Below, piece by piece: positions 57,522 through 64,000 of a DNA stretch of 64,000 nt (position 1 is its first letter; each line of letters opens with the position of its first letter). Made by a program: the position numbers and the translations under genes. A model generated the notes under the pieces. That model was not told the origin of the DNA. It saw nothing but the letters and a program-made list of their open reading frames with translations, and ran no database searches. The stretch is from Escherichia coli (GTDB lineage Bacteria > Pseudomonadota > Gammaproteobacteria > Enterobacterales > Enterobacteriaceae): assembly GCF_016903815.1 (NCBI RefSeq), contig NZ_CP069973.1; one strand, given 5' to 3'.

Positions 57522-58772
57522 CTACGCTAAGCCAATAAAGAATCCTGCAATGGTGGCACTCATCAGGTTAGAAAGTGTCGCCGCCGCCAGCGCGCGTAAA
57601 CCAAGCTGGGCGATTTCCGGTGCACGGTGTGGCGCAACCGCAGAAAACGCCCCCACCACCACCCCGATAGAACCAAAGTTAGCGAAACCGCACAACGCGA
57701 AGGAAATAATCGCCACGGTTTTAGCATCCAGAGTGCCAGCTGTTTGCAGATAAGGTGAGAAATTGAGGTAAGCGACAAATTCATTAATCGCCAGTTTCTG
57801 TCCAATCAAACTCCCGGCAAGATTCGCATCACTCCAGTCAACCCCCATCACCCACGCCAGCGGGGCCAGCAGGTAACCTAAAATGGACTCCAGCGAGGCA
57901 TGTTCAAAACCAAACCAGCCGCCAACGCCGCCGATAATACCGTTAATCAACGCAATTATTGCAACAAATGCCATCACCACTGTCGCCACACCTGCGGCGA
58001 TTTTCAGTCCGGTCATAGCCCCTGTAGCGGCGGCTTCAATAATGCTTTTTGGCGGTGTTTCGGTGAAAGAGAGGTTATTAAAGGAAACCTGCGAAGATTC
58101 GGTAGCCGGGCTTAACAGGCGGGCAAACAAGATCCCGCCGGGGATCGCCATTAACGATGCCGCTAGCAGATATTCCACAGGCACGCCCAGTGCGGCGTAA
58201 CCAATCATTGTCGAACCAGCAATCGAGGCCATGCCACTACAAATAGCCGTAAATAATTCATTGCGATTCAGACGATCGATAAAGGGTTTGACGATTGCCG
58301 GAATTTCGTTTTGCCCGAGGAAAATGGTAGTGACCGCGACGAATGACTCGATCTTGCTGATATTTAATGCTTTCTGGAAGATACCGCCGAGAATGCGAAT
58401 TAAGATCCCCATCACACCGATGTAGTAGAGAATACTCACCAGTGCTGTAACGAAGATAATTGCCGGTAATACCCTGAAACCAAAGATAAATCCTGCGCCA
58501 TCAAATAAGGTATCCATTTTCGGTCCGACCAGAGAACCAAAGATAAATGCGCTACCTGCATCGCTGTACGCCATCACTTTATGCACGCCAAAAGCGACTT
58601 TTTCTGCGACCCAACGCCCTGGTGGTAACCAAAGCATAATGCCGCCAATCACGACCTGTAACACTAACGCCGCGCCAACGGTACGCAGGCTGATCTTCTT
58701 CTTGTTTACTGACAGCAAAAACGCAATTGCCAGCAATACCACCATTCCCAGAACACTTCTCATGACATCCAT
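57522..58772 (-). CDS. nupX: NupC-family nucleoside transporter
   Basis: 416 aa; highly similar to the 60709..61959 product. Confidence 0.85.
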   Translation of the reverse strand: MDVMRSVLGMVVLLAIAFLLSVNKKKISLRTVGAALVLQVVIGGIMLWLPPGRWVAEKVAFGVHKVMAYSDAGSAFIFGSLVGPKMDTLFDGAGFIFGFRVLPAIIFVTALVSILYYIGVMGILIRILGGIFQKALNISKIESFVAVTTIFLGQNEIPAIVKPFIDRLNRNELFTAICSGMASIAGSTMIGYAALGVPVEYLLAASLMAIPGGILFARLLSPATESSQVSFNNLSFTETPPKSIIEAAATGAMTGLKIAAGVATVVMAFVAIIALINGIIGGVGGWFGFEHASLESILGYLLAPLAWVMGVDWSDANLAGSLIGQKLAINEFVAYLNFSPYLQTAGTLDAKTVAIISFALCGFANFGSIGVVVGAFSAVAPHRAPEIAQLGLRALAAATLSNLMSATIAGFFIGLA

Positions 58773-58871
58773 AGTTATTATCTCTTCATGTCATTTTGGG
58801 CGACGGCTTTCTGCCCATCAGAAATAGCCGGGCCTGCATCTTGCGATACTGTCCCGGCTTGTTATCAACAC

Positions 58872-59813
58872 TTAATGGGTTTTGATGTAGCCGCGCACGC
58901 ACTCTTCGACTAATCCCCAGAACCAGTCGGTATCAATAGTGATGCCGACTTTGGTATTGGCGGGCTTGCCAAGAACGCCCAGCTCGTCGCAGACGGTACG
59001 CCCATAGCAAGGGCCACTGTTAACGTCCACGTCGACGTACATCTCCTGGGTTTTAATGCCATCAGGGTTAATCAGATAACCGATGCAGGTGGCGTCATGC
59101 ACCGGGCCGCCAGCAAGGCCGTAGTTTTCGAACTGCGTTTTGAGAGTGAAGTTCATGATGTCGCTGAACAGCTCTCCGGCGGGGCCGCCTGCCCTTTCCA
59201 TCCGTGCAATCACGTCCGGGGTGCAAACGGTCTGGTTGGTGAGATCGAGGCCCATCATCACTAATGGAACGCCGGAGGTGAACACCACGCGTGCGGCTTC
59301 CGGGTCAGCAAAGATGTTGAACTCGGCGGATGGCGTAAAGTTGCCAGTACCGTAAGCGCCGCCCATCAGCACAATTTCACGGATTTTCGGCAGGATCGCG
59401 GGTTGCATACGCATTGCCACCGCGATGTTTGAAAGTGGACCAACCGGCACCAGAGTGATATCGCCATCGCTTGCCATCAGGGTATCAATGATGTATTTCA
59501 CCGCATGGGTACTTTCTGCCTGGCGGGTCAGCGGCTCGAATACCGGGCCATCCAGTCCTGTTTCACCATGAATATTGTCGGCAACGATTTGTTGACGCAT
59601 AATGGGCTGTGGCATCCCCGCATAAACCGGAACATTAATCTCCAGTTTCTGGCAAACATTCAGGCCATTAATTAATGTTTTATCAAGCGTCTGATTACCC
59701 GCCACAATGGTGATGCCTAATAAATCTATTGCCGGATGTTTCGCTGCCATCATTATGGCAATAGCATCATCATGACCCGGATCACAATCCAGAATAATTT
59801 TTCTCTTTTCCAT
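58872..59813 (-). CDS. rihB: Pyrimidine-specific ribonucleoside hydrolase
   Basis: DCDPGHDDA nucleoside hydrolase motif; 313 aa. Confidence 0.9.
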   Translation of the reverse strand: MEKRKIILDCDPGHDDAIAIMMAAKHPAIDLLGITIVAGNQTLDKTLINGLNVCQKLEINVPVYAGMPQPIMRQQIVADNIHGETGLDGPVFEPLTRQAESTHAVKYIIDTLMASDGDITLVPVGPLSNIAVAMRMQPAILPKIREIVLMGGAYGTGNFTPSAEFNIFADPEAARVVFTSGVPLVMMGLDLTNQTVCTPDVIARMERAGGPAGELFSDIMNFTLKTQFENYGLAGGPVHDATCIGYLINPDGIKTQEMYVDVDVNSGPCYGRTVCDELGVLGKPANTKVGITIDTDWFWGLVEECVRGYIKTH

Positions 59814-59981
59814 TGTTTATTTCCTCTGTTTCCAGTTGCGTTATTTTTTCTACAGCAAAGAAAATTCGACCGGGCCGATGATTGAATCTTAACAACAGCG
59901 TAAGTATGCTAAATATGAGAAATCTCATAGCGGATAAACATCGTGAAAGAAATCCACAATAATGACCTTAAGCAGCAATTG

Positions 59982-60641
59982 ATGAGTGAATCCGCGTTTA
60001 AGGATTGCTTTTCAACGGATGTTTCAGCCGATACGCGGCTGTTTCATTTTTTAGCGCGTGACTACATTGTGCAGGAAGGGCAACAGCCGTCCTGGCTGTT
60101 TTACCTGACGCGAGGCCGCGCCAGGCTTTACGCCACGCTAGCTAATGGTCGCGTGTCGCTGATCGATTTCTTTGCCGCTCCCTGTTTTATTGGCGAGATT
60201 GAGTTAATCGACAAAGACCATGAACCGCGTGCGGTACAGGCTATTGAAGAGTGTTGGTGCCTTGCGCTCCCTATGAAACATTACCGTCCGCTGTTATTAA
60301 ACGACACGCTATTTTTACGAAAACTCTGCGTTACTTTAAGCCATAAAAATTATCGCAATATTGTTTCTTTAACTCAGAATCAATCATTTCCGTTAGTGAA
60401 TCGCCTGGCAGCTTTTATATTACTCTCGCAGGAAGGTGATCTTTATCACGAAAAGCATACGCAAGCGGCAGAGTATTTAGGCGTTTCTTATCGACATCTT
60501 TTATATGTTCTAGCGCAATTCATTCACGACGGTTTATTAATTAAAAGCAAGAAAGGGTATCTAATTAAAAACAGAAAGCAGTTGTCAGGACTGGCACTGG
60601 AGATGGACCCGGAAAATAAATTCTCAGGGATGATGCAGTAA
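59982..60641 (+). CDS. yeiL: CRP/FNR-family transcriptional regulator
   Basis: 219 aa with C-terminal HTH ([11 protein letters not shown] region). Confidence 0.8.
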   Translation: MSESAFKDCFSTDVSADTRLFHFLARDYIVQEGQQPSWLFYLTRGRARLYATLANGRVSLIDFFAAPCFIGEIELIDKDHEPRAVQAIEECWCLALPMKHYRPLLLNDTLFLRKLCVTLSHKNYRNIVSLTQNQSFPLVNRLAAFILLSQEGDLYHEKHTQAAEYLGVSYRHLLYVLAQFIHDGLLIKSKKGYLIKNRKQLSGLALEMDPENKFSGMMQ

Positions 60642-60708
60642 AAATTATTTGCAATAGAGCGATTGCCGGATGTGACGCTAAATAAGCGCGTACATCCGGC
60701 AATGAAAC

Positions 60709-61959
60709 TCAAGCTAAACCAATAAAGAACCCGGCAATGGTCGCGCTCATCAGGTTGGAAAGCGTTGCTGCTGCCAGCGCCCGTAAACCAAGCTGGGCGA
60801 TTTCCGGTGCGCGTTTAGGCGAAATAGCCGAAAATGCGCCAACGACAACACCGATAGAACCAAAGTTAGCAAAACCACAAAGCGCAAAGGAGATAATCGC
60901 AATGGTTTTCACTTCCAGCGTGCCGCCCGTTTGCAGGTATGGGGAGAAACTCAGGTAAGCGACGAATTCGTTAATCGCCAGTTTCTGCCCAATCAGGCTA
61001 CCCGCAAGATTGGCATCACTCCAGTCCACACCCATGATCCACGCCAGCGGTGCCAGCACATAGCCAAAAATACTTTCCAGAGAGGCATTGGCGAAACCAA
61101 ACCAGCCGCCAATTCCGCCGATAATGCCGTTGATCAGCGCAATAATTGCGACAAACGCCATTACCACCGTCGCTACACCAGCGGCGATTTTCAACCCGGT
61201 CATCGCACCGCTCGCCGCTGCTTCGATAAAGCTTTTTGGCGGCGTTTCGCTGAACGACAGATTTTCAAATGTGACCTGCGAAGGCTCGGTTGCCGGACTA
61301 AGAATACGTGCAAACAAAATACCACCAGGGATCGCCATCAGCGATGCCGCTAACAGGTAGTCAATTGGTACGCCCATTCCGGCATAACCAATCATCATCG
61401 AACCCGCAATGGACGCCATCCCGCAACAAATTGCGGTAAACAGCTCGTTGCGATTCATGCGATCGATAAACGGTTTAACGATCGCCGGGATCTCATTTTG
61501 CCCGAGGAAAATAGTGGTAACCGCAACAAAAGATTCGATTTTGCTGATGTTGAGAGCTTTCTGAAAAATGCTGCCAAGAATGCGGATTAGCAGCCCCATC
61601 ACGCCAATGTAGTACAGCAGGCTGATGAGCGCAGTGACGAAGATAATCGCCGGGAGTACGCGAAAGGCGAAGATAAAACCCGCACCGTCAAAGAGGACAT
61701 CCATTTTCGGCCCGACCAGCGAACCAAAAATGAAGGCGCTACCGGCATCACTGTAAGACATCACTTTATGTACGCCTAATGCCGCCTGCTCTACCGCCCA
61801 TTTTCCTGGTGGAAAATAGAGCATGATGCCGCCAATGGCGATTTGTAGCAGCAACGCGGCTCCAACCGTGCGCAAACTGATGCTCTTTTTATTCACTGAC
61901 AACAAAAATGCTATTGCCAGTAACACCACCATCCCCACAACACTTCTCATTATATCCAT
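60709..61959 (-). CDS. psuT: NupC-family transporter (pseudouridine uptake)
   Basis: 416 aa paralog of nupX; operonic with psuG and psuK. Confidence 0.85.
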   Translation of the reverse strand: MDIMRSVVGMVVLLAIAFLLSVNKKSISLRTVGAALLLQIAIGGIMLYFPPGKWAVEQAALGVHKVMSYSDAGSAFIFGSLVGPKMDVLFDGAGFIFAFRVLPAIIFVTALISLLYYIGVMGLLIRILGSIFQKALNISKIESFVAVTTIFLGQNEIPAIVKPFIDRMNRNELFTAICCGMASIAGSMMIGYAGMGVPIDYLLAASLMAIPGGILFARILSPATEPSQVTFENLSFSETPPKSFIEAAASGAMTGLKIAAGVATVVMAFVAIIALINGIIGGIGGWFGFANASLESIFGYVLAPLAWIMGVDWSDANLAGSLIGQKLAINEFVAYLSFSPYLQTGGTLEVKTIAIISFALCGFANFGSIGVVVGAFSAISPKRAPEIAQLGLRALAAATLSNLMSATIAGFFIGLA

Positions 61960-62052
61960 AATGATTTTCCCTTCATGCCAGTAAACCCGGCGTCAGCGCC
62001 AGGTTTTGGTATGTATGATCAGTACGGGCGACGGCTTTCTGCCCGTCAGAAA

Positions 62053-62991
62053 TTAACCCGCGAGACGCTGGTATTCTTTGGCTATTTCACTCGCCAGGAT
62101 GGCGTTGTTGAACACCAGCTGGATGTTGGATTTCAGGCTGTCACCGCCGGTCAACTCAGCAACGCGCGCCAGCAGGAATGGCGTACTTTCTTTACCAATA
62201 ACACCCTGCGCTTCAGCTTCAGCTACCGCCTGATCGATCGCCGCATTGATAGTGTGTTCCGGCATAGCAAACTGTTCCGGGATCGGGTTCGCTACCACGA
62301 GGCCACCGTTCAGCCCGCTTTGCCATTTCACCGCCATTGCACGGGCAATTTCGCTGGCGCTGTCGAGACGAATGCTCACGTCAAACGGGCTGGTGCGGCA
62401 GAAAAACGCAGGCAGCGCTTTGGTCTGATAGCCAATTAGCGGTACACCGAAAGTTTCTAAATACTCAGTGGTTAATCCTAAATCGAGAATAGATTTCGCC
62501 CCGGCACAAACAACGGTGACATTAGTATTTGCCAGCTCTTGCAAATCGGCAGAAATATCGAAGGTATGTTCCGCCCCGCGATGCACACCACCAATTCCCC
62601 CGGTGGCAAATACTTTAATTCCGGCAAGCGCCGCAATAATCATCGTTGAAGCAACGGTAGTTGCGCCATTTTTTCCGGCGGCAACAACAAAAGGTAAATC
62701 GCGACGACTAACTTTGGTCACGTTATGCCCTTCACGACCCAGCAATTCAATTTCTTCTTTGCTTAAACCCACTTTCATCACGCCGCCAATAATGGCGATA
62801 GTGGCAGGTACAGCGCCCTGTTTACGAATAGTTTCTTCAACTTCAATTGCGGTCTGGGCATTTTGTGGGAACGGCATCCCGTGAGAAATAATGGTCGATT
62901 CCAGCGCCACAACCGGTTTTTTGTTTTTTAAAGCGTCCTGCACTTCCGGGGAAATTTGTAATAATTCAGGGGGAATTTTTAATTCAGACAT
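62053..62991 (-). CDS. psuG: Pseudouridine-5'-phosphate glycosidase
   Basis: 312 aa, MSELKIPPELLQISPEV. Confidence 0.9.
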   Translation of the reverse strand: MSELKIPPELLQISPEVQDALKNKKPVVALESTIISHGMPFPQNAQTAIEVEETIRKQGAVPATIAIIGGVMKVGLSKEEIELLGREGHNVTKVSRRDLPFVVAAGKNGATTVASTMIIAALAGIKVFATGGIGGVHRGAEHTFDISADLQELANTNVTVVCAGAKSILDLGLTTEYLETFGVPLIGYQTKALPAFFCRTSPFDVSIRLDSASEIARAMAVKWQSGLNGGLVVANPIPEQFAMPEHTINAAIDQAVAEAEAQGVIGKESTPFLLARVAELTGGDSLKSNIQLVFNNAILASEIAKEYQRLAG

Positions 62992-63920
62992 TCGGCGTTC
63001 TCCACTAACGATATAACGTTGGCAATCGATAAATCGGGGTTATTGGTGTATTCACAGGAGAGCGCCATTGACGAACATCCCTGTGCGAAACGAACAGATT
63101 CGGCAAACGGCATTCCGTCTACCCAACACGAAGCAAGTCCCGCCATCATGGCATCGCCCGCTCCGGTAACATTAATGACATTGGTTTTGATCGGCGCAGA
63201 CCAACCACTTTCACCGCTGATATCACTGTAATAAACGCCGTCGCCGCCCATGCTCAATACCAGTCGGTTCAGGCCATGTTGATGGAACCAGGCAGCAACT
63301 ATTGCCACATCTTCACGCCCTGACAAAGCAATCCCACTCAGGGTTTCCGCTTCAAGGCGGTTTGGCTTGAGAGTGTGGATTTGATTTAGACGGTCGCGCA
63401 CTTTGACACATTTCCATGCGGAAACCGGATCGACAAATACAGGTACATTGGCGGCATTATCCAGAATCCATGCCAGTGCCTCTTCACTGATATTACAGTC
63501 TGCGACAATGACCTTTGCCCTCTGAATAAATTCACCGTGCTGTGCGAGATATTCAGCTGTAATAGCGTTGCTAATATTCATGTCATTTATAGCAACCAGC
63601 ATTTCACCGGTATTATCGAGTAATGATAAATAGCTTGACGTATTTTCTCCCGGCACAATCAGGCATTTATCGACATAAACGCCAGATTGATTGGTTTGCG
63701 TTAGCAGCGATTGACCATAAAAGTCACTGCCTACTGCGCTCATTAGCCAGGCTTTGTTCCCCAGCAACGCCAGATTTTGTGCAATATTGCGCCCGACTCC
63801 ACCAGGCGTAAATTTTATTTTACCTGGATTTGAATCCGCATAATTTAATGATTCATGTGAATATCCGGCGACATCAATATTCGCCGAACCTATAATTACG
63901 ACATAATCCTTTTCGCGCAT
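62979..63920 (-). CDS. psuK: Pseudouridine kinase (PfkB family)
   Basis: 313 aa, GGVGRNIA; TGAGDAMMAG motifs. Confidence 0.9.
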   Translation of the reverse strand: MREKDYVVIIGSANIDVAGYSHESLNYADSNPGKIKFTPGGVGRNIAQNLALLGNKAWLMSAVGSDFYGQSLLTQTNQSGVYVDKCLIVPGENTSSYLSLLDNTGEMLVAINDMNISNAITAEYLAQHGEFIQRAKVIVADCNISEEALAWILDNAANVPVFVDPVSAWKCVKVRDRLNQIHTLKPNRLEAETLSGIALSGREDVAIVAAWFHQHGLNRLVLSMGGDGVYYSDISGESGWSAPIKTNVINVTGAGDAMMAGLASCWVDGMPFAESVRFAQGCSSMALSCEYTNNPDLSIANVISLVENAECLN

Positions 63921-64000
63921 AGCACGTCCTCTGGTAAAAAATTACCAACCCTGTCAATCCACAAGAATATTGATACTGCAAAGACGGTTTAAACATGTGT

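Overview
The window is an Escherichia coli-type chromosomal segment running from the 3' end of metG to psuK, collinear with the K-12 metG–yeh–yoh–yei neighbourhood. I can support about 52 protein-coding genes, several REP/ERIC-type repeats, a few intrinsic terminators, and two candidate regulator binding sites. I found no rRNA, tRNA, CRISPR array, IS element, integrase or prophage. Most of the window is ordinary, well-understood core metabolism, transport and regulation. The one stretch that looks like a poorly understood system is 1466..15898. It holds three tandem giant paralogs (two ~1265-aa proteins with an N-terminal WGR-like domain, and a third copy lacking that domain), an Ala/Leu-rich ORF separated from the third paralog by a single in-frame TGA, a VWA/MIDAS protein, and a protein with two SWIM zinc-finger motifs. 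The genes are tightly packed with overlapping stop/start codons, and no P-loop ATPase is detectable anywhere in the cluster. All gene names are assigned from memory of E. coli proteins and from sequence motifs; no database search was run. Start codons were adjusted by codon arithmetic from the supplied ORF track, which begins many ORFs at non-ATG codons, so coordinates may be off by a base or a codon.
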